The translations under genes were made by a program, and so were the position numbers. The notes under the pieces were generated by a model. That model saw nothing but the letters and a program-made list of their open reading frames with translations. It searched no databases and was not told where the DNA came from. Shown here piece by piece: positions 42,501 through 52,470 of a stretch of 64,000 nt of DNA. The first letter of the stretch is position 1; each line of letters opens with the position of its first letter. The DNA comes from Botryllus schlosseri. Its lineage: Eukaryota. The stretch spans positions 32,428,001-32,492,000 of the forward strand of contig CM119372.1 of the NCBI GenBank assembly GCA_051294905.1, given 5' to 3'.

Positions 42501-45500
42501 ATGGATTGAGGCATTTTGCGTGTTACACTTGCAGCTAAGAGCATGTGCAATTGTGCATTATGGTGGCTTCGAAGTTCCGGTTAGAAATGGTCGAAATGCT
42601 TCAACAGTTTGGTAGTTTGGAAATAAGTTGGTAAAGGATATGTATGAATAGTAAGGTCATCGTTAACTCTGCAAATGTACTTATTAAACAGATCGTTTGC
42701 GGTACGGATTACCATAGCATTGAATTTCACATTCCAAATGAATGAATTCCGCCTGGAATTTTGTTTCGCCAGATACGCGTGCATCAAATCCTCAGTACTT
42801 AAAACCAATTTAGTATATCAATACGGCATGGCATTTGTTGCGTTTGTTTATAACCTACGATATCAACGATGCCTAGAGTCTGAAAATTCGAGAGACAAGA
42901 AACAAGCATCGGTTTGGATTGGATCCGCTGATTTTGCGCAGACTTGGACTTTCGATTCTTTACTGGATTCGTATTTGGACCTAATTGCAAATCATGATCG
43001 TCTTCGAATTTAAACTTGAATTTGAAACTCAAGTCCAGAACAGGGGTGAGATTTCTAATTTAGTATATCTGCTATTTCTGTACAAACCACCTCTGTAAAT
43101 ATCAACGTTGGATAATATCAGAGATGGTAATTATCGAAGAACTTCTTCTTTTGAAACAATACTTACTCGAGTACATATCTGATCTTAATTTTGGACCCGT
43201 TTTGACATGCCATGTAAGTCGCTACTTTTACTTCTAATTGAAAGGTCTCGACTCCTCATCGCTAACCACGATGCGATTGCAGTGCATGAAAAAGCCCAGA
43301 GAAGGAGAGCCGAGCCGAAAGTAGGCAGCAAACACTCAGGATGCGGACATGCGAAAAACGAGAGTGAGCGATGGTGGGAGAGAGCCAGCATGGAAGTCGT
43401 CCGTAATACGAGAAAAAGACCGCCAAAGAAACTGATGTTAATGAAATTACCGTGTTTGGCGCAAATTACCTTATAGGCGATAAGCGCCAATGTTGTGAAT
43501 AAAACAAACAAACAATTGTAAGGAAATTTACGGCGTTCCTTAACTTTTACTTGAGTACCGACAATGACTGCTTTGACCCTTTCTGGATAATCTATATGTT
43601 AACTTTAAACTAAATTACCATTCCTCCGCTTGCACAAGTCATATACAAAACACTGGTCCCGGTACCTTGAAGTTTCATCGACGCCACTGAAGCAAATATC
43701 TATTCCGCCGTCGCAGTCTGAAATGTCATCGTACAGAAGCTGTTGCGGTAGCACGCATTCCATTCCGTTTCGTCTGCATTTAAATCCGTGGCCGTTTTTC
43801 CAGCCGTGATCTTCTTCGCATCCATCGCACGAGTCATGGTTACAAATCGTAGAACGGGGCGCGCAATCATTCCATTCCTGGAAAATCATTCCGAAAAGGC
43901 AGCAGATTAGCCAGGAAAAAAGAAGGATGTGTATTTTTAAAATTCTTGACTGTTATAGGCTACATTTCACAATTATATGACTCATAATAGGATATAACGT
44001 GACACACTGAAACCAATGACGTCACCATGTTGTAGTCGAAATTCATAAGTTTGAACTGTCGATAATTTTTTATTGAAGAATAAAGTTCACGACGACTTAA
44101 TGATGACTCCCTGTTGCGGACAATAGAGGGAAAGTGACGTCTCACGCTAGATAGCTGTGTCCATTCGTCATACTTACATTGTATCATTGGCACCAACCAA
44201 TTCATACACTCTTTGTTTTTGAATAATTTAAATTAAGTGATGTCTAATATTGCTATAAGCCAGGGGTTGGCCGGCCCTGCTATAATCTATATCTACAGCA
44301 GTAACCCGGCGACTGATAATATGTTATATATGCGACCATGCACCAGGGTTGTAATGACTCGAGTCATGACTCGACTCGAGTCACGATTTTTTTGTGACTC
44401 GACTTGACTCGAGTCAATATTTGGATTGACTCGACTTGTACTCGAGGCATTACGCATGACTCGACCCAAGTCATTGACTCGGCTTATTTTATATGACTTG
44501 AAGATGAAGAAATTTGCGAATCGTAATGGCTAGATCAACGCATCTGTCGAATTCTGCCGACATCGTTATTTGTCGCCACTGCTTTCGTTGCACTCGACTG
44601 ATACCAGATATGCCGCCGTAAAAACAGCAGATAATGGTACATATATAGTAGCAATGCATTGTACAATATCATCCTGTGATGAAGAGGTAATATATCCTCC
44701 GCAATCAAAGTACTCAAGACATTTCAATTATACAAGCAAACAATCGCAGCAACGTTCAATTAGAGCCGACGAAATGACTCAGATGGTCAAGTAGCCTACT
44801 TGTAAGAGACTGATAAGCTCATGAGTTGATTTGAAGGCGATGATTCTATGCATTTTTGGGCGACTAGAAATAATGAGTCCAATGATCTTCAATGTGGTTC
44901 AAAAATGCTTGTCAATTCCTGTATCTAGTGCACCTTACGTGTATTCAGTAGATGTGGATTTATTCTAAGGCCATGCCGCTATAACATATATGAGGATCTC
45001 CTTTCTACTTTAGTATTTTTGAAGTGTAACTCATTGATTTGATCTGCTGTCTATGAAAACACACAATACCCTCCGCCATTTGGCGTTTTGTTAGGTATGT
45101 GCATTGTGCACGTGAGTGTTAATGAATGGCTAATGTTGTGTGATGTTTGTACAATAGGGCTGTTCAAAAATAACTTCTTTTTTATTTTACTGGGTGGCTA
45201 CTTGATAAAATTGTTATGTTGCATAAAAAGAACACTCAATCTGGCTTAATTTTACAAAGTAGAATCAATGATATGAGAGGAGAAAATTTTATATTTGAAA
45301 ATAAATGGAGTGTTTTTAGTGAGAAATTCTTGCACATAATATAATTACATAGGCTACTAGTAGTAAGCCAACTATTTTTTCGTGTCCAAAATATTCCACT
45401 CTAATAAATTCGCTTTTGCTAGTTGGAATTGAGCCCAATTTGCTATGAATCATATTTGACACAATATAACAATTTCATGTAGCCGGTCAAATTCGAAAAT

Positions 45501-46878
45501 CTCTATTTGTAATTAATCCAAAATTTTCTATGATAGTAGTAACGCTCCGGCGGCTATTTCGGGAGCTGAGCAGGAAAGCTGACCTTTTTTTAGTCATCCA
45601 CCTGATAATCTGAAATAAAAACTGTACCTCTACATAAACATGCACCTGTTGATTCTCTATCAGCTGGTATCTAGACGTGAATTCGTTGGTTCTGTATCAG
45701 CTATAAGCTAATTCAGGATTGAATACATAAGTTGAACATGACTTCAATGCTGAGACTTGGACTCGGACTCGAGTCATAACACTATGACTCGGACTTGACC
45801 CTTTAAACGGTGACTTGGACTCGGACTCGACTCGGTGATGAATTGAAAATGACTCGACTTGACTCGAGTCAATACCACTAAAGTAAAATTGACTCGTGAC
45901 TCAGAACCGTGTGACTTGGTTACAACCCTGCCATGCTCCAAGGAAAGTAGGCCTACGTCCGGACAGTAGAGGCCTATTTACAATAGAAAAGCCGAAGGAT
46001 TATCCTACTACCAAATGATCCTAATCCTAAGAGTAGGCTTGATGACTTCTTAGTCCAAGGACGTTATCAACTCTTAGAAAGTTCCACCAACCTGGCACTT
46101 ATAATGTGAAGCGCATTTCAAGTCGCACGGCGTCAGATCAATGCATTTTACTTCATCATCACATACGAGCTGCCGCTGTACGAGACACGAACCATTGAAT
46201 AGGTTGTATGGATTGAGGCAGCTGAAACGGTAGTAATCGAGGCTAATTCATTGCGCAGCAGTTCATTCTCTGTTTGGTACCACAACCTGGCGATCCTAAG
46301 CACATCATATTTAGTATAAGTTCACTCTTATCTCGAAAAGTTCAAAAGGCCAATTTTATGATTTAATGTCGATTTACATGTGTTGATATTCTTCTGCAGG
46401 CAAGGGACTTAGCATGACCAATTATAAAAACGCGTACATTTCTAATATAGTCTCAAATGCGATACGCAGCAAAGAGTATTCTTTCTGGCTCCGAAGGAAT
46501 AGCGGGATTCAAAATATGATGCCAGCTGCTGCGGTAGCGGCGGTTCCAAAATTGAACATGGCAAGACCTTGCTCGGGGCGCCGCAAAGACAAATGTAAAT
46601 TGCATATGTCACGGATCCCCACTTTGGCAAATTGGGAATGCAAGTGAAGTTGTTTCACCGAATGGCGAACCAATGTAAGACTACCTTCAAATTTACGAGG
46701 GAAGCGGAATACAGAAATATGAAGTGGAATATGGGCATATACCTCTGCCATTCCGCGAACTGGTCGAATAAGGTAGAGTGAGACTTCTCATCGCTGCCGT
46801 CACCGCAGTCGTCCGTCCCGTCGCAGAATAGATCAATTTGAATGGCTCGGCCGTTTCGACATTTGAATCTTTGTAAAC
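18121..46878 (-). CDS. Multi-exon LDLa-repeat class A GPCR (RXFP/GRL101-like 7TM, no LRRs); 17 exons traced, 5' end incomplete
   Basis: Exons all have GT-AG boundaries and compatible phases, totalling 2,852 nt. About 10 LDLa modules (CDGxxDCxDxSDE-like), then 7TM motifs [26 protein letters not shown] typical of LGR/RXFP receptors. Confidence 0.9.
18584..18846. mobile_element. MITE with 35-bp perfect TIRs in the last GPCR intron
   Basis: ATATCGTCGCAGTGGAATCAAAGTGACTTATGTCC and its reverse complement. Confidence 0.85.
19093..19582. mobile_element. Degenerate hAT-like MITE with ATCCG subterminal repeats
   Basis: Many AATCCG/ATCCGA units at both ends; right end GCCCATCACTG; left end and TSD not clear. 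Confidence 0.55.
19679..19881 (-). CDS. GPCR exon, ECL2 Cys plus TM5 ([13 protein letters not shown]...[16 protein letters not shown])
   Basis: Acceptor ttttcag, donor gtacag; phase 2 to 1. Confidence 0.9.
21896..21992 (-). CDS. GPCR exon, extended ECL2 ([32 protein letters not shown])
   Basis: Acceptor cgacag, donor gtgaga; phase 1 to 2 is required to join the flanking exons. Confidence 0.8.
22581..22824 (-). CDS. GPCR exon, TM4 and start of ECL2 (PFQS...[17 protein letters not shown]...)
   Basis: Acceptor aaaaag (weaker AAG), donor gttagt; phase 0 to 1; restores the K-PF motif after TM3. Confidence 0.85.
23358..23498 (-). CDS. GPCR exon, ECL1-TM3 (GNYC...[22 protein letters not shown]...[10 protein letters not shown])
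   Basis: Acceptor ttgcag, donor gtgtgt; phase 0 to 0. Confidence 0.92.
23892..24047 (-). CDS. GPCR exon, ICL1-TM2 ([18 protein letters not shown])
   Basis: Acceptor gggcag, donor gtatgc; phase 0 to 0; TM2 motif. Confidence 0.88.
24225..24568 (+). mobile_element. tRNA-derived SINE (MetaSINE-like central domain), antisense in a GPCR intron
   Basis: A box TAGCGTAATGG, B box GGTTCGATTCC, then GGTCAGACCAAAGAC...TGGTA...CCCTGCTTGGCGCTCA and a (CCTTT)n tail. Confidence 0.8.
24883..25044 (-). CDS. GPCR exon, last LDLa half plus TM1 ([15 protein letters not shown]...[23 protein letters not shown])
   Basis: Acceptor ttacag, donor gtgagc; phase 0 to 0. Confidence 0.92.
25671..28002. mobile_element. 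Non-autonomous hAT with (GATTAC)n subterminal arrays
   Basis: CAGACATGGGGT / ACCCCATGTCTG; exact TSD CTTCTGAG. Confidence 0.92.
28797..28925 (-). CDS. GPCR exon, LDLa halves ([43 protein letters not shown])
   Basis: Acceptor acgtag, donor gtaatt; phase 0 to 0. Confidence 0.9.
29415..29513 (-). CDS. GPCR exon, LDLa halves ([33 protein letters not shown])
   Basis: Acceptor ttacag, donor gtacga; phase 0 to 0. Confidence 0.9.
30509..31803. mobile_element. Non-autonomous hAT with Tol2-like ends
   Basis: CAGAGGTG / CACCTCTG termini, dense AAGTA/TACTT subterminal repeats; TSD TCCGTTAC vs TTCGTTAC (7/8). Confidence 0.88.
34362..36460. mobile_element. Non-autonomous hAT (Charlie-type), third layer
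   Basis: CAGGCCTGGGCAA / TTGCCCACCCCTA with GGCCC subterminal motifs; partial TSD, ATAGCC on both sides. Confidence 0.7.
36032..36240 (+). mobile_element. tRNA-derived SINE, innermost layer
   Basis: A box TGGCGCAGTTGG, B box GGTTCGAGTC, non-tRNA body and short A tail. Confidence 0.7.
37386..37538 (-). CDS. GPCR exon, LDLa halves ([24 protein letters not shown]...)
   Basis: Acceptor ttttag, donor gtaaac; phase 0 to 0. Confidence 0.9.
37911..38080 (-). CDS. GPCR exon ([32 protein letters not shown]...)
   Basis: Acceptor cgttag, donor gtaagt; phase 1 to 0; completes the preceding LDLa (DEC). Confidence 0.8.
39206..39279 (-). CDS. GPCR exon, partial LDLa ([24 protein letters not shown])
   Basis: Acceptor tttatcag, donor gtaagt; phase 2 to 1. 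Confidence 0.85.
39586..39734 (-). CDS. GPCR exon, LDLa ([31 protein letters not shown])
   Basis: Acceptor tcacag, donor gtgaga; phase 0 to 2. Confidence 0.9.
40328..40520 (-). CDS. GPCR exon, LDLa ([30 protein letters not shown])
   Basis: Acceptor tttcag, donor gtacat; phase 2 to 0. Confidence 0.9.
40601..41606. mobile_element. Old non-autonomous hAT (Charlie-type)
   Basis: Left end CAGAGATCTCAAACACGCGGCCCGCG; degenerate right end TTTGAGAATCTCGGTG; exact TSD GTATAGAG. Confidence 0.7.
41760..42290 (-). repeat. Dispersed AT-rich repeat; inverted copy at about 26220-26540, fragment near 61115
   Basis: AAAGGAGCTATATTTACCCTATATTTTT and ATTTAAAACAAATGG shared in reverse complement. Confidence 0.7.
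43666..43877 (-). CDS. GPCR exon, Cys-rich linker plus LDLa (EWNDCAPR...[31 protein letters not shown])
   Basis: Acceptor ttccag, donor gtaccg; phase 0 to 2. Confidence 0.85.
44344..45930 (+). mobile_element. Internally deleted hAT (Ac/ZBED-type) with GACTC subterminal repeats and transposase relic
   Basis: CAGGGTTGTAA / TTACAACCCTG; TSD CCATGCAC vs CCATGCTC (7/8); ~44905-45030 reads [10 protein letters not shown] / [13 protein letters not shown] / LVFLKCN (hAT C-terminal domain). Confidence 0.9.
46092..46242 (-). CDS. GPCR exon, divergent LDLa ([33 protein letters not shown]...)
   Basis: Acceptor aattag, donor gttggt; phase 2 to 0 bridges neighbouring exons; Cys-rich; absent from ORF track. 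Confidence 0.78.
46743..46878 (-). CDS. GPCR exon, LDLa ([30 protein letters not shown]...)
   Basis: Acceptor tttcag, donor gtatat; phase 1 to 2. Confidence 0.88.
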
Positions 46879-47060
46879 CTGAAACCACGTGCTGATTTTA
46901 ATCGAATTGATAGCGAGGGAATACAAGGAACTTAGTAAATCTATATGACGTAAGTTCATATACATGCATCGTAGCGTACTGTAGAGCAGATATGTGAACC
47001 TGTGACTGCGGCAGTAGTAGGTATGATCGGTCGCGATTCGTAATGGGCTCTTATGGGTGC

Positions 47061-47540
47061 ACCCGACCGGTGCCGCGAAAACTCGTCCTGAACCGGTGAC
47101 CCTTTCAGACCCCCCTTCCACCCGACCGGTGCCTGGGTTGGTATAGGCATCTCTCGACCGGTAACCCTTTTCGGTATAGGGATCTCTCGACCGGTGCCTC
47201 GAAACTCGTCTTGAACCGGTGACCCTTTTCGGTATAGGGATCACTCAACCGGTGCTAGTATAGCCATCTCTCGACCGGTAACCCTTTTCGGTATAGGGAT
47301 CTCTCGACCGGTGCCTCGAAACTCGTCTTGAACCGGTGACCCTTTTCGGTATAGGGATCACTCAACCGGTGCTAGTATAGCCATCTCTCGACCGGTAACC
47401 CTTTTCAGCATAGGGATCGGTCGCACGCGGCTTCGTTGTTGGCATATCGTACTTTTGGGTATAGACATCTCTCGTGTGGTGGCTTATGGTTGTGTTGACA
47501 TGTCGTACTTTTGGGTATAGGTATCTCTCGACCGGTGTTG
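47061..47540. repeat. Subterminal ACCGGT-rich tandem array (117-bp higher-order unit); mirrored at 59742-60221
   Basis: Unit CTCTCGACCGGTAACCCTTTTC... restarts at 47151, 47268 and 47385; built of short subunits each containing ACCGGT. Confidence 0.9.
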
Positions 47541-47729
47541 AATATGTATCAAGTAAATAGTCACGTGATTGGTTCTTAGTTAATGTGTATATCCCAAATT
47601 ATTTTATATGACCGATTCGAGTTGAGCCCAACGTTTACGGTGAATGCGACTTTAATATATCGTTATTCTTATGGCCGCGGTTGCATGTCGTACTCTCAGG
47701 TATAGACTGCGTTGACATGTCGTAATTTC

Positions 47730-48425
47730 AGTAAAAAGGTGTGAAATAGTTGGATAAATCTAGGAATCAGCCGCATGATAATGTTTTGGTAATTAGTTTG
47801 CGATAGAGCCGGCGTAGACGGCGATTCGAATACCAACAATATCCGCGTTCACAAACTGACGACGATTCGAATACCAACAATAACCGCGTTCACAAACTAA
47901 CACTCCAAAAAGGTGCGAAATATTGGTAAAATCCCGCGATCGCTCACAAGATAATACCTAAGACATAACCATCGCTCGCGACTCGCTGTTACATACATGC
48001 CGATCGTTGACAATGTAATATTTTGGTAATAAGTTTGTCATATAACCGGCGTAGACGGTGACACCAACAATAGCCGCGTTCGCAAACTAACACTTCAAAA
48101 AGGTGTGAAATAGGTTGCAAATCCCACGATCGCTCACGAGATAACACCTAAGACATAGCCATCCCTCGCAACTTGTTGTTACATACATTCCAATCACCAC
48201 AATGTAATATTTTGATAATCAGTATGTCACAGAACTGGATTTCACTGGTAAAATTTAATAAGTAACGAATAACAGAACCGTCGCAGACGGTGATTCGAAT
48301 ACCGACAAATTCTCACTTATTTCTGATCCAACCCTAATCCTCTGTGAAGTTGAGGCTTATTCAAAAAAGGTGTGAAATAATTGTAAAATCCTACGTCGCT
48401 GACACGATAACGCATCAGACATAGC
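47730..48425. repeat. Degenerate ~180-270 bp tandem units in the arm; mirrored at about 58857-59552
   Basis: AAAAAGGTGYGAAATA recurs near 47733, 47907, 48097 and 48364 with shared downstream motifs (GTAGACGG, ACCAACAAT, CGCGTTC). Confidence 0.8.
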
Positions 48426-51400
48426 GATCTAGTTTTAGTACGGTGTCGGAATCCATTCGGGTTCTATATAGGCAAATCCAAATAATCCAAAATGAAATAT
48501 TTGGACTTTGACATAGTCTGAATTGAAATAGATTGACAAACATGACTACCAACTTTCCCGCAGTCCCATTTCGATATTATATGCACATTGATTTGAAACA
48601 AGTAATGAAACATTACAACTCTATTCGCGATCCCGCTTTCCGTTTGTCAAAGAGATATTTTAACATCTTACCATACTCAAAAGAATTCTTCACAACATTA
48701 ACAATTGTTAAAAATCTAGTTTTCACTTACTTGATTATATCACTACAACTCACAAACTTGAATTAATTCATCCTGGCTGTATTCGTATGATCGGTCTTTT
48801 TTATTCGATTGTAAAGGTCGTTACTATTCTGAAGACAAAGTATTTACTAATCGGTACATATACGATTTGACTTGGACATATTATATTTTGAGTATACGAG
48901 ATTTGAATGTCCGAACAATAACTGAGAATTAATTTATCACAATTAAATCCGTATATTACAGCGTAAAAGATATTGGGGGGTCAGCAACTCTGTACGATCG
49001 TAGTTACAACCACATTAACTAATCTACTCAGGTAACTCGTCATGATCATTCCTGAAATCAACACAAACACGACCACTGACTTGAGTTAACCGCGAAACAG
49101 CATCAAGTTTTAAATCCGCTTGCAGCTGACGGATTATTCGAATGCATCGATGGAGAATATTATTGAACTCGTCGGTATTGTTACTTCAACAAATTACATG
49201 ACAAAAAAAAACATTACCGAGATTTTATAAACTAGTCATATTACTCTACACATCTATCAATATCAAAATGCGAGTCATCCAATTTTTCTACTAAAGTAAC
49301 ATTGCACTTTCGGATTCGGTATAGTCATACAAATTGTATTAAATCCAACATCAAAACAAAAGGATTTTTTTTTAGTTTATTGAAATCAAATCATTCGTCT
49401 TCGACTTGTGCTTTTCTAGATTGCAAGCAATAATTCGTTACGAACGAGCTGTAACCAAAGTTAAGAATTCTTTGTGTCCACAGATATAGAAGATGAATAT
49501 AGCTAACACAATCGCGAATCGATGTTTCAGAGTATTTCACGGATGTAATAAACTTGTTAGTGTCGCCTATCTAAAAGTATGCATGCGTTCGATTTCCATA
49601 CCGACTGTTGCGATGTTTAGGATTCGTTTACAATGACCAAGAGTGAGGATTTAACATCAATGTCGTTACTGGAGGTATTCACAACAGAGAATCGAAACAT
49701 TACACAGTGTGAAAATATATCTTTGATATCAAAGCACTATCCCAAGTACACGATTAATACTCAACTCCGTTCACACTTTCTATAGAACGTGCTAAATGTA
49801 AAATATCACGAGGTTGCACTCTAAGACTTTGATCATTACAAAAGTAAATTGAATATGTTTGCTCGACGCATTCAATTCAACTAGAAATGTCTAGTGCACA
49901 ACAATCGTAATATTAAGGAAGTACTTGCTACACTGTAATTCACTAAACGTGTTTTGCATTGTTGTTCATTTGTAGCATTGATTGAAATTGAACCCTCAAA
50001 TAATAATTCCCGACACGAAACCAAACCGCTGAAAGTCGTTACCAACACAAAGAAACACTTTGTACGATGTTTGCCAAATGTATCCTATGGCTAGGTGTAC
50101 TAGAATTATTTGTGTAACACATACACCGACAATGTAATCGAAAATTTTTCCGTTGTCATTCGCTAAAGTAAATGTCATCACAATACTCTGTCACTAAAGA
50201 TCTTACTTGTATCTGATTGAATCACCGATAATTAACTCGCTAAATCAAACCATAAGGAAATTTCACTCACTCATCAGATATGAAACAGCGTCGCTTAATC
50301 GGTGTAGATCGTTTTTCTAAATGCAAATCATACCTGACCAACAGAAAACAATTTTCACTCACCTTGTAATGAAACCAAGTGGCGGACCTTCGTTCAATAT
50401 TTTGTTTGTGTCAAATACTTTGCAATAAACACAGTGGAGTGGTCGAGCTTTACATCAGCAGACTGTAATCTGTAAATCAAGCTTACATCCGACTTGTAAC
50501 TGTATCGTTTACCTAACCGAGTTGTATGCACAGTTTAATATTTTTTGTTATTTGGTAATTGCTGAATATACAACTTCGAAATACTCCCTTGAACGTAATT
50601 TCCATCATCGTAATAATCAAAGTACATTTGTGTCGAATTCGTAACAGCCGACTATGACATGATAAATTTTTGACAAGTTATGCTTGGAAGATTGGTTGTA
50701 TATCACGAAAATAATTACCGCTCATATTGATACTGTTATCCATTGTTCGGTATTTTCAAACGAGTAAAATTTATTACTTGAGTAACTCCGCTTAATGCAA
50801 ATGTAAACACAACCGTCTTTCAACATCACAAAGACATCGATACAAAGTATACAATCAAACGCAACAAGTTTTACTTTTGTAGGTTGTGTATGGTTATCCT
50901 GCATAACTCATTTCTTACCAAAGTCATATGAAATATATTCATGTTACACGAAAATATTCACTCATGCTACAAACCTGTACAATGATTGGTGGTGCTTTCA
51001 AACTGTTTCGATACCTCAAGAACTTTATTGTCTGAATGGTTGTTCATGTATCGTAATAATCAAGTAGTTCAACACAGAACTAGTATTAACAGAAACACCA
51101 GAGTTGTTTACACAAAAGTTTGTATGTGTACAGTATACGAATACCATGTGTAAGTCCAGCACAATTGTGGTATCCATACGAGTTTAGTTAACACAATTTA
51201 CGACACCGAGGTCGCGTCATCTTTCGTAAGACAACAAACCAAGGCTTCAGGATATGTCCATGTCATAGCAATGAATCGGCTACTCCAACAACAGAGTGCA
51301 TATGTTTTCTAGTTACGGTGCTTACATCTTACACACAAATCAATCTACTTTGCTAACGAAAAGTGGTGAGTCATCATATGGTTATCCTCACTAGTAAAAC

Positions 51401-52009
51401 ATACTATCATACAAAATGGTCGTTATAGTTTGCACACCAACGGTACATCGTACAAGTAACAAGTCTCGAGAATCCAGTTATTCAAAAAACGTGAAAGTAT
51501 TTCTACACCAAGTCGTTATGTTGACGAAAGCGTATATTGTAATATCATGATCGATTTGCATTCGTTGGTCACAAACTGTCACTACTCTAAATAATTCTTT
51601 TTCACTCAAACGCATACTTGTCACCATTCGTTTTCATCAAGTACGAGTTCAAGAAACTTACTACGACATGAATTTTTATTTTTATGTTGTGTAAATAGGT
51701 AATAATTAATTCAAGTAACACTATATCAACATCATCGAGTTGTGCTAATAGATTTACATGTGGTCTTGTTCATCGGGACATACAGCACGAACTAACTGTA
51801 GACTCCTCTCTGTTGTACAGCTACTCGGTAATCGAAATGCATTAACATGTAAACAACGATCTTGTTTCGTCACACCAAAAATATGTTCACTATCGCGATA
51901 CTCCGCACAAGACGTGCATAGCCTTTTCACAATCGTAATAGTATACCAACGTCAAGCGATAACGTTTAACAAGACCAACGACACTGAACCCACGACGTTT
52001 ACCTATGTA

Positions 52010-52470
52010 AAATTACCACTTTCACTTGCCAGTCCATCGTTTACCTGACTAAACATATTATTTTCCTTTGGAGATCTGATGTTTACCCAGAGTAAGAAAC
52101 CTTTTTCACTTGGAAATCTATTTTTTCCTTGGCTAACAAACCTTTTTTCACTTGGAAATCTATTTTTTCTCTGGTTAACAAACCTTTTTCCCGGGTAACA
52201 AACCTTTTTCCCTGAGCAACAAGCCATTTTCACTTGGTGGTCCGTCGTTTACCTGAGTAAAAATATCATTTTCCTTTGGGGATCTGGCGTTTACCCGGTG
52301 TAACAATACATTTTCGCTTGGAAAAATACTTTTACCTAGAGTAACTAATCATTTTCTCCTGGGTAACAATCCCTTTTCGTCTGGAAACTATCATTTAACT
52401 GAGTACCAATACCGTTTTCACTTGGAAATACATTTTTTTCCTGGGTAACAATACTATTTTCGTTTTGAAA
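52010..52470. repeat. Degenerate ~40-bp minisatellite in the arm; mirrored at about 54812-55272
   Basis: Recurrent GTAACAAACCTTTTT / CACTTGGAAA / TTTACC motifs. Confidence 0.8.

Noticed and set aside
46693..47244. 183-aa ORF (and its mirror 60038-60328) as a gene
   Set aside because: Read through a GC-rich tandem array and across the element boundary; no domain.
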